From the IMG/VR virus record IMGVR_UViG_3300045988_056175: a stretch of DNA of 43,335 nt; one strand, 5' to 3'. This DNA is from a virus. The translations under genes were made by a program, and so were the position numbers. Below, piece by piece: positions 16,071 through 24,525 of the stretch (within the stretch, counting starts at the first letter, position 1; each line of letters opens with the position of its first letter). The notes beneath the pieces are model-generated. The model was not told the DNA's origin. It saw only the letters and a list, made by a program, of their open reading frames with translations, and did no database searches.

Positions 16071-18217
16071 TACGCCCTCGCTTTCTGCGCCCGGATTTTA
16101 CCCAGTCGCACGTCCATAGGATTTGCCAATGCGCCAACCAGCGCACCGGTGTCCAGCGTGATACCCATGCCGGAAATAACAATCAGCTGGTCCAGAATGT
16201 CCTGAAGGACCGCCACCACAGCAGAACCGGAGCCGCCCATAGCGTTGTCCATGTCCTCTGCCACGGCGTGAATCCACTTTTTGTTCTGGTGCAGCGGAAC
16301 CACGGCTTCAGCGCCGTTGCCTTCCAGGAAGCCGGTCTGGCCCTTTTCCAGAATGCCGCCCTGTTCCAGTTCGGGAATTTCGGCAATGCTGAAGCCCTTG
16401 CCGCCAACAACGGGAACCCAATTCGGAATCTTGATCCGGTTAATTCCACGGATAAAGGCGTTGATTCCGTCAATAATCCAGTTGATCGGGATTTTGAATG
16501 CCGTCTTGATCCCCTCCCAAATGGAGGAAAAAATATTCTTGATTCCATCCCAGGCAGCTTCCCAGTCACCTGTGAACACGCCCTTGATAAACTGAATCAA
16601 TCCGGAAAATACGCCCTTGATGGTGTCGATGCGGCTCATTATCAGCTCAACCGCAGCGGAAACCGTGTTCGACATTACATCAGACAGAATCGTCCACCAG
16701 TTTTTCAGCGGCACAAGCGCCACCTGAATCAGCTGGGAAATAATGGAAATCAACGGCGTTATCAGGTCAGAAATCAGCGTAGCAATCGGTTCCAGGACCG
16801 CCACCACAAGGTCAAGAATTGGCTGAAGCAACTCTATCAGCGGGGTCAGCAGGTCAAGAATCGGCTGCAACAGGGCCAGCAAGGGCGGCAGCAGCGTTTG
16901 AACGATTTGGATGATTGGCGGCAACAGCGTTTGAATCAGCTGCACGATTACAGGCATCAGCGCAGTAATCAGCTGGGTAATGACCGGCATAATTGCGTTG
17001 AACATATCCATCAGCAGTGGCAGAATATCCGCTGCAAGCTGCAACAGAGGCGGAAGAATGGTGTCAAACAGTGTTGCCATAACCGGCGCAATCTGGTCCA
17101 TCATGCTTTCAATCAGCGGCATATTATCAACAACGATCTGTATGGCCTTTTCTACCACCGGCATCAGCTTTTCACCGATGGAAATTATTATGTTTTCCAG
17201 TTTGTTCTTCAGCTTTTGCGTTCTCTCCGCCATGGTATCCGCCATGGTGGAATAGGCCGTTTCGGTGGCCCCTGAAGAATCCGCCATGGCCTGAATGCTG
17301 CTTGTCAGGTCATCCGTATTGGAGGCCAGCACGTTTGCCGCCTTGGCTGCTTCTGCACTGCCGAACATATCCCCCAGCGCAACGCCGGATTCATTTGCAG
17401 CACTTTGCAGAACTGCCAGCACATCAGAAAGCGAACTGCCGGATTCCATTAGTTCAGAGAAGGATTTTCCGGTTTTCTCTTTTAGCACGTCAGAAGCAGT
17501 CGTTCCGGATTTACCCAGTTCGTTCAGCATACTGTTCATGTACGTGGTGGTTTCTGCCGTGGCAATACCGTTTTTGGTCATCACAGCATAGGAGCCGCAA
17601 AGGGTATCAATGTCAACGCTAAAGGCCTTCGCCGTGGGGATAACTCGGCCCATGGCAGAGGCCAATTCGTTAACGGTGGTTTTACCAAGGTTCTGGGTAG
17701 TAATCAGCTTGTCAGAAATGGACGTTGCAGCATCGGCATCCAGCCCGTAAGCGTTGATTGCCGTGGTCAGCACGTCCACGGCGGTGGCCGCATCCGTAAA
17801 ACCGCCCTTTGCCAATTTAATGGCCTGGGCCGTGAAGTCTACGGCATCCGCCTGATCTACGGATGCGGAAATGGCAGAATAGACAGCTTCGGAAAAGTCC
17901 TCCACGGCAACGCCTGTTTCGTTCGATGCGGCCTTTATGTCGTTGAAATAAGCATCCGTATTCGTTCCGGCTGCAAGTAGGGTGTTCACCTTTGCAAAGG
18001 CGGTTTCTGCTTTGGATGCAGCATCTACACACGCCTGTCCAAAATCAGCAATGGCCTTTACCGACATATAGGTGACCACTGCCGTTCCAACCCTTTTGAG
18101 GGCGCCCACGATGGTATTGCCGGATTTCTTTGCATTGGTCGAGACTTTATCTATATCGGAATTCGCCTTGTCAGCACCGTTCACGGCGATGGTGCCTAAA
18201 ATCTTAAAAAGTTCCAA
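16070..18217 (-). CDS. Tape measure protein 2 (715 aa)
   Basis: TTG start 7 nt after GAGGTG. The N-terminal third matches the TP901-type tape-measure core as I recall it (KLAKGGFTDAATAVDVLTTAINAYGL, TVNELASAMGRVIPTA). It also has an 11-residue-period hydrophobic repeat region and a C-terminal LDTGALVGAL motif. Confidence 0.88.
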   Translation of the reverse strand: MELFKILGTIAVNGADKANSDIDKVSTNAKKSGNTIVGALKRVGTAVVTYMSVKAIADFGQACVDAASKAETAFAKVNTLLAAGTNTDAYFNDIKAASNETGVAVEDFSEAVYSAISASVDQADAVDFTAQAIKLAKGGFTDAATAVDVLTTAINAYGLDADAATSISDKLITTQNLGKTTVNELASAMGRVIPTAKAFSVDIDTLCGSYAVMTKNGIATAETTTYMNSMLNELGKSGTTASDVLKEKTGKSFSELMESGSSLSDVLAVLQSAANESGVALGDMFGSAEAAKAANVLASNTDDLTSSIQAMADSSGATETAYSTMADTMAERTQKLKNKLENIIISIGEKLMPVVEKAIQIVVDNMPLIESMMDQIAPVMATLFDTILPPLLQLAADILPLLMDMFNAIMPVITQLITALMPVIVQLIQTLLPPIIQIVQTLLPPLLALLQPILDLLTPLIELLQPILDLVVAVLEPIATLISDLITPLISIISQLIQVALVPLKNWWTILSDVMSNTVSAAVELIMSRIDTIKGVFSGLIQFIKGVFTGDWEAAWDGIKNIFSSIWEGIKTAFKIPINWIIDGINAFIRGINRIKIPNWVPVVGGKGFSIAEIPELEQGGILEKGQTGFLEGNGAEAVVPLHQNKKWIHAVAEDMDNAMGGSGSAVVAVLQDILDQLIVISGMGITLDTGALVGALANPMDVRLGKIRAQKARA
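16703..17167 (-). repeat. About 13 tandem 11-residue repeats inside TMP-2
   Basis: ILPPLLQLAAD / ILPLLMDMFNA / IMPVITQLITA / LMPVIVQLIQT / LLPPIIQIVQT / LLPPLLALLQP / ILDLLTPLIEL / LQPILDLVVAV / LEPIATLISDL / ITPLISIISQL. The periodicity is read directly from the translation. Confidence 0.8.
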
Positions 18218-18240
18218 TGGCCTTCACCTCTTTCTGTGAA

Positions 18241-18274
18241 GATAAAAGAAAAGAAGGCCACCGGGATGGCCTTC
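18241..18274 (-). terminator. Terminator-like hairpin between the two tape-measure genes
   Basis: Minus strand: GAAGGCCA-tcccgg-TGGCCTTC followed by TTTTCTTTTATC. It starts at the TMP-1 stop codon. Confidence 0.6.
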
Positions 18275-20013
18275 TAACGTGTGTTGCCTCGCTGGGCATG
18301 ATTCCATCTATCGGATAATTGCGTGTCAATGGACGGCACAAGAGCGCCCACAAGCGCACCGGAATCAAGCTGCACGTCCTGAGGGATGGAACGGCCCAGG
18401 AAATCAATCAAAAGCCGGATTTGCTCAATGATGGTTTCCCGAATGCCCTCATTTTCCTTCCGGACTGCATCCCGGACATAGCCTTGCAGCACATCAATGG
18501 GGGCAATGGCTTCTTTCCCGGCCTCGCCGCCGCCCAGATAGGTGTCCCCGGTTCGCCCGAAGATGGTGGCCCGGTCCAGGATACCGCCCTCTGCATTCCA
18601 TTTGACATTGAAAGAGGGCAGCTTGCCCTTCCCGGCAATTCCAAACGGTGCTTTGCCACCGCTCACGGAGATTTTGGGAATTTTCAGATTGCTGAAGATT
18701 TTGCCGATTTTCAGGGGGAAGAAGCCTTTGACCTTATCAACAAATCCCTTGACGGCATCCTTCGCACCGTTGATTTTGTCGGATACAGCGTCTTTGATGT
18801 TGCCGAAAGTTTCCTTGACCTTCCCAACGGCATCCTTCAGTTCGCCGATTTTCTTCTTAATCCACTTTACAGCGGTTCCCGTTGCAGACTGGATTTTGTC
18901 CCACATCTTCAGCCAGAAATTGCGGAATCCCTCGTTGTTTTTCCAGAGGTACACAAACGCCGCCGCAAGCCCCAGAATCAAAGAAACGATAAGCCCTATA
19001 AGATTGGCCCTCATGGCTACATTTAACGCTTTCACGCCCACGGTGACCAGTTTCAGGGCCTTTGCGGCTTTGCTCATGATTGCAGACCATTTTAGCACCA
19101 GCACAAAGCCGGAAACTGTCACGGTTGCCGCCAGTATTCCAGCGGCCCAGGCTTGCACGGTGCTTTTGTTCTGCTTGAACCACTTAATCATATCCTTGAT
19201 TTTTGCGATAAAGACTTCCAGCTTTGGCACGGCAGCGGATACCATTTCAGCGGCTTTATTCTTGATAGCTGTCAAAATCGGTTCTCCGACACGGCCCAAT
19301 TCCGCAAAGGCCCCTGTCAGCTTTTCATTGGCTCTATTTGCGGCCATAACGTCCTTATTGGTTTCCTTATACCGGTCAGACGCTTTCTTGTACACGCCGT
19401 TCAGGGTGTCCATAATTAGCTTTTGCCGTTCCTGTTCCCCGGAGCATTTGGCCAGCTTTTCGTTGAATTCATCTTCAGAAATACCGGCCCAGTTCAGGGC
19501 ATCCGCCAGGGGGCCAGTGACCTGGCCAACCTTTGCGGTTTCGTTTGCCGCCTCGGTCAGTCCCTCAATGGGGAGCGAATCGCCGAAGGTGGCAAAAACG
19601 CCGGTGCAAATATCCGTCCAGGTCTGCAAATCCTTTTCGTTGTCCGTCATAACGGCCAAGTGGTTCGCAGCTTCCACGGATACGTCCGTATCTCCAAGGA
19701 CAGCTTGCAAATCCTGATAGGTTTTCTTTGCGGCCTCGGAAGAATGGCCGTTTGTCTGGAAAGCCGTATCCAGCTTTCCCATTTCCGTCCGGTACTCCCT
19801 GGAACCTTCAATGGCAGCGATCCATGCACCGCCAAGGGCAGCACCGGCAGTAAATACGGCTTTACCGATTTTTACGGCAGATTCTCCGATTTTCTTAAAA
19901 GCGGAATCTGCCTTTTTGCTGCCGGAATCCGCCTTTGTGGTGGTTTCGTCAATAGCCTTTTGGGCCTGTGCATTGTCAATGGCAATCGTGCCAAGCAGCT
20001 TGAATAATTCCAT
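18274..20013 (-). CDS. Tape measure protein 1 (579 aa)
   Basis: ATG 8 nt after GAGGGGG. The N-terminus MELFKLLGTIAIDN parallels TMP-2. It has central transmembrane-like helices (ILAATVTVSGFVLVL, LIGLIVSLILGLAAAFVYLW) and a C-terminal LDSGALVGAL motif. It directly follows the tail chaperones. Confidence 0.85.
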   Translation of the reverse strand: MELFKLLGTIAIDNAQAQKAIDETTTKADSGSKKADSAFKKIGESAVKIGKAVFTAGAALGGAWIAAIEGSREYRTEMGKLDTAFQTNGHSSEAAKKTYQDLQAVLGDTDVSVEAANHLAVMTDNEKDLQTWTDICTGVFATFGDSLPIEGLTEAANETAKVGQVTGPLADALNWAGISEDEFNEKLAKCSGEQERQKLIMDTLNGVYKKASDRYKETNKDVMAANRANEKLTGAFAELGRVGEPILTAIKNKAAEMVSAAVPKLEVFIAKIKDMIKWFKQNKSTVQAWAAGILAATVTVSGFVLVLKWSAIMSKAAKALKLVTVGVKALNVAMRANLIGLIVSLILGLAAAFVYLWKNNEGFRNFWLKMWDKIQSATGTAVKWIKKKIGELKDAVGKVKETFGNIKDAVSDKINGAKDAVKGFVDKVKGFFPLKIGKIFSNLKIPKISVSGGKAPFGIAGKGKLPSFNVKWNAEGGILDRATIFGRTGDTYLGGGEAGKEAIAPIDVLQGYVRDAVRKENEGIRETIIEQIRLLIDFLGRSIPQDVQLDSGALVGALVPSIDTQLSDRWNHAQRGNTR

Positions 20014-20072
20014 AGGAATACCCCCTCAACAGAAATGTTTTAGGGGCTGCAAATCAGATACCTAAAGCCCGG

Positions 20073-20417
20073 TCACGTTGTGGCATTGTGACCGGGCTTG
20101 TTGCTGGGGAACAGGCGCTTCAGGAGGTTGTCAATGTCGGCTTTGGTCATATCGTCATCCCGCTTCCGGGACCGTGCTGGCCGTTCCGGTTCCACAGGGC
20201 TTAATACTTCCGCTTTCCAGTCATTGAAGGACATATCAGAATAACTATGGACATACATATTCCACAGCTTTTCTTCGTCCTCTTTTTCTGCCTGTTCCTT
20301 CCGTCTCTTGTTCTCGGAGGCGATGATCTCACCGACCCACTCGCCAAACCGCCCTTGTTCGATGTACAGGCGCATGAATTCCATGGGATTGCTATACCGG
20401 GAGTACAGCAAATCCAT
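20073..20417 (-). CDS. Tail assembly chaperone, T-extension (probably made as a G-T fusion by -1 frameshift)
   Basis: Its frame is -1 relative to the upstream chaperone ORF and stays open upstream through the slippery site. An internal ATG at 20417 also exists. Confidence 0.7.
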   Translation of the reverse strand: MDLLYSRYSNPMEFMRLYIEQGRFGEWVGEIIASENKRRKEQAEKEDEEKLWNMYVHSYSDMSFNDWKAEVLSPVEPERPARSRKRDDDMTKADIDNLLKRLFPSNKPGHNATT

Positions 20418-20434
20418 GAATTCAAACTCACCGA

Positions 20435-20869
20435 TTAAAGCAATTTGGCAAGCACCTTGAAAAAACTGGTGTTCTTCACCTCGCTGAAGGAATCATAGAT
20501 CATCATGGGCAGGGTGCCGAATTCCATTTCCTTGATTTCATCCGCCGGAATACCGGACAGAGAAGAATAGAACTGGTAGACAGCCTCTCCGGCATCCCCT
20601 TCCAGGTGGGAAATCATAACGTCACCAACACTCAGCAGAGCGTTAATGCCGATTTCCCGAATATCGCCGCCGTTCGCCACAGCAGTGATAACGTCCTTGA
20701 AGTCTTTCAGTCCCAGCTTGCGGAACAGCCCCAGCAGCGGGAACAGGTCCCCGTCCTTCAGCTTTCGCAGGGTGTAGGGCCGTGCAACGGTTTCCTCCGC
20801 TGCTTCAGTTGCCGTGATTTCCTCGGTTACTTCAGTTACCGCTTTGGTGTTCTTCTCGGTGTTTTCCAT
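20435..20869 (-). CDS. Tail assembly chaperone (gpG-like)
   Basis: 144 aa and acidic. It sits between the major tail protein and the TMP genes and carries the slippery site near its 3' end. Confidence 0.75.
   Translation of the reverse strand: MENTEKNTKAVTEVTEEITATEAAEETVARPYTLRKLKDGDLFPLLGLFRKLGLKDFKDVITAVANGGDIREIGINALLSVGDVMISHLEGDAGEAVYQFYSSLSGIPADEIKEMEFGTLPMMIYDSFSEVKNTSFFKVLAKLL
20459..20465 (-). promoter_or_regulatory. Programmed -1 frameshift slippery heptamer T_TTT_TTC
   Basis: In the zero frame of the G chaperone the sequence reads AGT TTT TTC AAG, 8 codons before its stop. Shifting -1 reads through into the 20073-20417 frame with no stop codon. Confidence 0.75.
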
Positions 20870-20891
20870 TTTGCTTTAACCTCTTTCTGGC

Positions 20892-21518
20892 TTATTCAGC
20901 CCGTTTGTCAATGTCGGCAGTCTGGACAGCAGTCCAGCCCTTGGCCTTACGAAGGAACAGCGCATAGGGCAGTTTCTCCACGCCGTAGGTAATATCCGAC
21001 TGGCATTCAAAAGTCCCGGTGAACTTGGTGTTCTCTTTGTTCTTGCTCTCCGTGGCAAAGCCGGAAGTGCAAAGCGCATTTTTGAACAGGCAGATAAAGG
21101 GCCGACCGTCCAGCAGTTCGCCGTAATAGCCGAAGCCCTCATAGAAATGGCCGCTTCTCAGTTCACTGGAAGTCACCACATCATAGTTCTTATCGGTGGA
21201 ATCATTGATTTCGCCGATAACGGAATGCGCCATATACTCGGCAGACAGTTCCACCATGGAGGTTTCCAGGGTGGCAGTCTCGCCGACCTTCTGCTGAAGT
21301 TCCTTCACTGCCACCAGTGCGCCGTCAAGGTCAGGGGCAAAGAATTCCGGGGTAATGGTCAGCTTGCCGCCCTCCTGGGTTGCGCCGATGATAGCGGCCT
21401 TGATTGCTTCCTCCGTGGGTGCAACCTTTTCATCATAGGTCACACCCTGAAAGAATACGCCAGCACCAAAGGCAATCTTTGCCGGAGTGCCGGAAGTAAT
21501 ACCGGTTTTAATGGACAT
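20892..21518 (-). CDS. Major tail protein
   Basis: 208 aa. Its position is immediately upstream of the chaperone pair and downstream of the tail completion genes. Confidence 0.72.
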   Translation of the reverse strand: MSIKTGITSGTPAKIAFGAGVFFQGVTYDEKVAPTEEAIKAAIIGATQEGGKLTITPEFFAPDLDGALVAVKELQQKVGETATLETSMVELSAEYMAHSVIGEINDSTDKNYDVVTSSELRSGHFYEGFGYYGELLDGRPFICLFKNALCTSGFATESKNKENTKFTGTFECQSDITYGVEKLPYALFLRKAKGWTAVQTADIDKRAE

Positions 21519-21519
21519 A

Positions 21520-21912
21520 TTATTTCACGCTCCATTCTTGTACTGACAGATTGATTTGGATGCTTTTCAGTTCTGCATCCTCTTTCGGAATAACAAGGGC
21601 GTTATCGTAAAAAACGATCACGGCGGAACCATCGTCCGCCATGACCGTTTTCCCCGAAACCTTGTTGAAATAGTTCTCGATCTTGGCCTTTGCCGCCTCC
21701 AACTGCTCCCACGTTCCCCGGTGGAAGCCGGTCAGCATGACGGTGGATTCCTGAAGGCCGTTTTCGTACAGCGGCGGCGTTTCCGTGTATTCACCCACAA
21801 AGTAGGGATACACGATTTCCCCGGCAGCATTGCCACGGTACACACCAAAGCCGTACTCAATCCCCAGGGCATCCATGGCATCAGCGATGATTTGTAATGG
21901 TTTACTGGTCAT
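21520..21912 (-). CDS. Tail completion / tail terminator protein
   Basis: 130 aa. The call rests on synteny within the connector module. Confidence 0.6.
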   Translation of the reverse strand: MTSKPLQIIADAMDALGIEYGFGVYRGNAAGEIVYPYFVGEYTETPPLYENGLQESTVMLTGFHRGTWEQLEAAKAKIENYFNKVSGKTVMADDGSAVIVFYDNALVIPKEDAELKSIQINLSVQEWSVK

Positions 21913-22325
21913 TCTTTATCCAACTCCCCAAAGATTTGATTGGCCCGTTTCTGGATCACGGTCTTTTTTTGGCCAAAGGCCCTCTGAAGGGTTCGGTTTG
22001 GGGTTTTACCGTGGGTAAAATGTCCATTCCCTACGTCATCCACATAGTACCAGCCGCCCTTTCTGCCGTCACCATGCAAGGCATATTCGCCGGTTCCGAA
22101 TTCCTCCCAGATTGCATTTTCCAGGGGGCTTCCGATGGTTGCTTCCTGGGCGGCTTCGTCCACGATATGCGCCCAGGAACCTTTCAACTGGCCGGTATCC
22201 ACACGGGAATTTCTCCGGGCCTGGGATTCCACCTCAGACGCAGCTTCTTCCAGGAATTTCAGGGCCTTTTCTTCAATGGCTTTTTTGACCTGGATGCTGA
22301 AATCCTCGAATTCCACTCCGGCCAT
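21909..22325 (-). CDS. HK97 gp10-like head-tail joining protein
   Basis: AASEVESQARRNSRVDTGQLKGSW matches the gp10-family pattern. The ORF overlaps its neighbour by 4 nt. Confidence 0.7.
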   Translation of the reverse strand: MAGVEFEDFSIQVKKAIEEKALKFLEEAASEVESQARRNSRVDTGQLKGSWAHIVDEAAQEATIGSPLENAIWEEFGTGEYALHGDGRKGGWYYVDDVGNGHFTHGKTPNRTLQRAFGQKKTVIQKRANQIFGELDKE

Positions 22326-22326
22326 A

Positions 22327-22668
22327 TCACTGCCCCCCAGTGTATTTCAGATAGATTTCCAGCTGGGAGCCGCTGCCCATCTCCATGGGGTTGTCAATCA
22401 GCAGAATGTCATAGACTTTCCCGTTGATAACCATGCGGCTATTCTCCGGTTCTATCCCGGAAAGGCCCACATAATCGGCAACGAAAACATGGGTGCTTTC
22501 CTGGATTTTGGCGTTGAATGTGGTGTACTTAGAATCACCGCCGGACAGGTCCAGCCAGCCCCGCAGCGTCTTTTTATCGGTCCAGGCCAATACCTGTTCC
22601 CCGATAGAATTTCGCTTCATGGTGGCCGTCTGGATCACCGCAGTGATGTTTCCGCCGATTCCTTTCAT
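22327..22668 (-). CDS. Head closure / head-tail adaptor protein
   Basis: 113 aa. The call rests on synteny (SPP1 gp16-like position). Confidence 0.6.
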   Translation of the reverse strand: MKGIGGNITAVIQTATMKRNSIGEQVLAWTDKKTLRGWLDLSGGDSKYTTFNAKIQESTHVFVADYVGLSGIEPENSRMVINGKVYDILLIDNPMEMGSGSQLEIYLKYTGGQ

Positions 22669-23216
22669 ACGCTCAACCCCTGTCCGAACCTGGCCTTCAT
22701 ATAAGGCTTCAGGAAGCCCAGCAGCGACTTGGGAAAGCCCATGGTGGAATTATCCCCATCCATGTTGAAATACGTCACAGAGTGCCGGGAAATGGTCTCA
22801 GACTGTACGCCAACCTTGTCCCCGTTATCAAGCTGCCATTGTAGCATCCGGGCCACGCCCTGTTTCACGTCAGCGGGGTAGACCACTTTCGTGAGAACTA
22901 CCCCGCTTTCGTCATACAGTTCTTCAGCCACCGTAATGGAGCCATTGGAAACAGCCGATACCGTTACCAGACCGGCGTTCAGTTCGGATTCCGTGATTTC
23001 CAGCGTGTCCCCAGCCTTGAAGGGGGTAGAACCGGGGACAAGCAGCTGGTTCCCGTCTGCCACTGCAACAGCAACAGCCCGGAACGCCCGTTTCTGGAAG
23101 TTGTTGTTTGTGTATGCTCGGATCAGAAGTTCCAGGGCCTGAAGCCGTGCTTCCAGAACGTTGTTGGGAACGTCTGTGGTCACAAACTGCTTCAGTTCAG
23201 TGACGGTCATAATCAT
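22665..23216 (-). CDS. Head-tail connector (gp6-like) protein
   Basis: The N-terminus VTELKQFVTTDVPNNVLEARLQALELLIRAYTNNNF is typical of DNA-packaging / head-tail connector proteins. Confidence 0.65.
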   Translation of the reverse strand: MIMTVTELKQFVTTDVPNNVLEARLQALELLIRAYTNNNFQKRAFRAVAVAVADGNQLLVPGSTPFKAGDTLEITESELNAGLVTVSAVSNGSITVAEELYDESGVVLTKVVYPADVKQGVARMLQWQLDNGDKVGVQSETISRHSVTYFNMDGDNSTMGFPKSLLGFLKPYMKARFGQGLSV

Positions 23217-23461
23217 TCGGATTCCCCCTTCGGCTTTCTGCCCTTCTTTGGCTTGGGTGCTTCGGTTGTGCCGATGCTGTCAAGATGGCCCTGGCATTTC
23301 GCTTTTACGGACAATTCGGACAGCACCAGGAAATCCGTGGGGGAAATACCCTCACGGACAATTTCCCCCACGGTGAAGCCTTTATCATCCCACCGGACAG
23401 CGTAGGCTTTCCCATCGTGGAAAAGGAAGGGCAATCCGTCAATGATGATAAATTCCTGCAT
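23213..23461 (-). CDS. Hypothetical head-module protein (82 aa, basic C-terminal tail)
   Basis: An ORF between the capsid and connector genes. The C-terminus is PKPKKGRKPKGESE. Confidence 0.55.
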   Translation of the reverse strand: MQEFIIIDGLPFLFHDGKAYAVRWDDKGFTVGEIVREGISPTDFLVLSELSVKAKCQGHLDSIGTTEAPKPKKGRKPKGESE

Positions 23462-23474
23462 GGTTTTGGCCCCC

Positions 23475-24503
23475 TTAACCGTTGGTCTTAATCATGCCGA
23501 TTTTGACGTTCTTGGGATTGAACTTCAGGGCGTAGTTGTCGGACGTACCCAGTTCGGTCTTGGTGGGGGATTCATTGGCAATGTTGTCCACTGCCAGGGA
23601 CAGGCCGTTGGGATGCAGCACCTTGCCCTGCTTGGTGTAGAACTTATCCGTACCGGCAGCGGTTTCCGGATCATAGTTCGTGGTGTACTGCTTCTCATAG
23701 TTGGTCTTGTCGCAGGACAGGAAAGCGCCCTCGCCCAGCAGGAAGGTCTTGTACACCGGGAAGCCAGCCTTGGAGTTGTCCAGGGTGTAGTAGTCGGTCA
23801 CCTTGACCGCCTTGCCGCCGATGGTGGGAAGCTGAATGTCCTGCTTGATAGCACCGGAGCCAGCCACGAACTTCTCATACTCCACCAGCCCCAGCTTCTT
23901 GTAGGCGGCGTAAATCTTGGAGTGCATGACCAGGAGGCCCAGACCGCCGGACATATCACCCAAAGCCGCCTGTTCGGCATCGATCAGGGTGGTTGCGCTG
24001 ATTTTGTTTGCGTCACCGATGGTGCCGGTAGTCACGGACAGGTCCGTGACGTGGGAGGACAGCGCAGCCACGCCCAGAACGGCGTTGATGATGTTCATCA
24101 GCTCATCTTCCCACACCTGGGTGTAGTAGTTCTGGATACGGGACTTGATGTAATCCAGAGGCTTTGCACCGGTCAGTTCACGGGTGAAATCCTTCGCCTT
24201 GAACGCCTTCATTCGCTGGATCATCATACAGGTCTGCTTGCTGCCGGAAATCTCCTGCGGCACGTTGTTGGTCAGGCCGTCATTGTTCAGAGCGGCCATG
24301 TTGGAATCATGGATGTTGATGGGGGTGTACATGGGGATGGTTGCCACGTTGCCCTTGCTGCCGATCAGGTCCATGATGGACGCATCCTGCCGGATAACGC
24401 CGGAGGCCAGCACAGGATTGGACCAGTAGTCCGCTTCCTGCATCATGTCGGTGAAAACTTCCTCGTCAAAGGAAAAGCCGCCAAAAAGTCCAGTTCTTGC
24501 CAT
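23475..24503 (-). CDS. Major capsid protein
   Basis: 342 aa, immediately downstream of the scaffolding gene. Confidence 0.85.
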   Translation of the reverse strand: MARTGLFGGFSFDEEVFTDMMQEADYWSNPVLASGVIRQDASIMDLIGSKGNVATIPMYTPINIHDSNMAALNNDGLTNNVPQEISGSKQTCMMIQRMKAFKAKDFTRELTGAKPLDYIKSRIQNYYTQVWEDELMNIINAVLGVAALSSHVTDLSVTTGTIGDANKISATTLIDAEQAALGDMSGGLGLLVMHSKIYAAYKKLGLVEYEKFVAGSGAIKQDIQLPTIGGKAVKVTDYYTLDNSKAGFPVYKTFLLGEGAFLSCDKTNYEKQYTTNYDPETAAGTDKFYTKQGKVLHPNGLSLAVDNIANESPTKTELGTSDNYALKFNPKNVKIGMIKTNG

Positions 24504-24525
24504 AGTTTATTACCTCATTTCTTGA

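Noticed and set aside
20065-20099. 12-bp-stem hairpin overlapping the 3' end of the T-chaperone ORF, considered as a terminator before TMP-1
   Set aside because: It is not followed by a U-run on the minus strand, and TMP-1 must be expressed for tail assembly. It is probably just mRNA structure.
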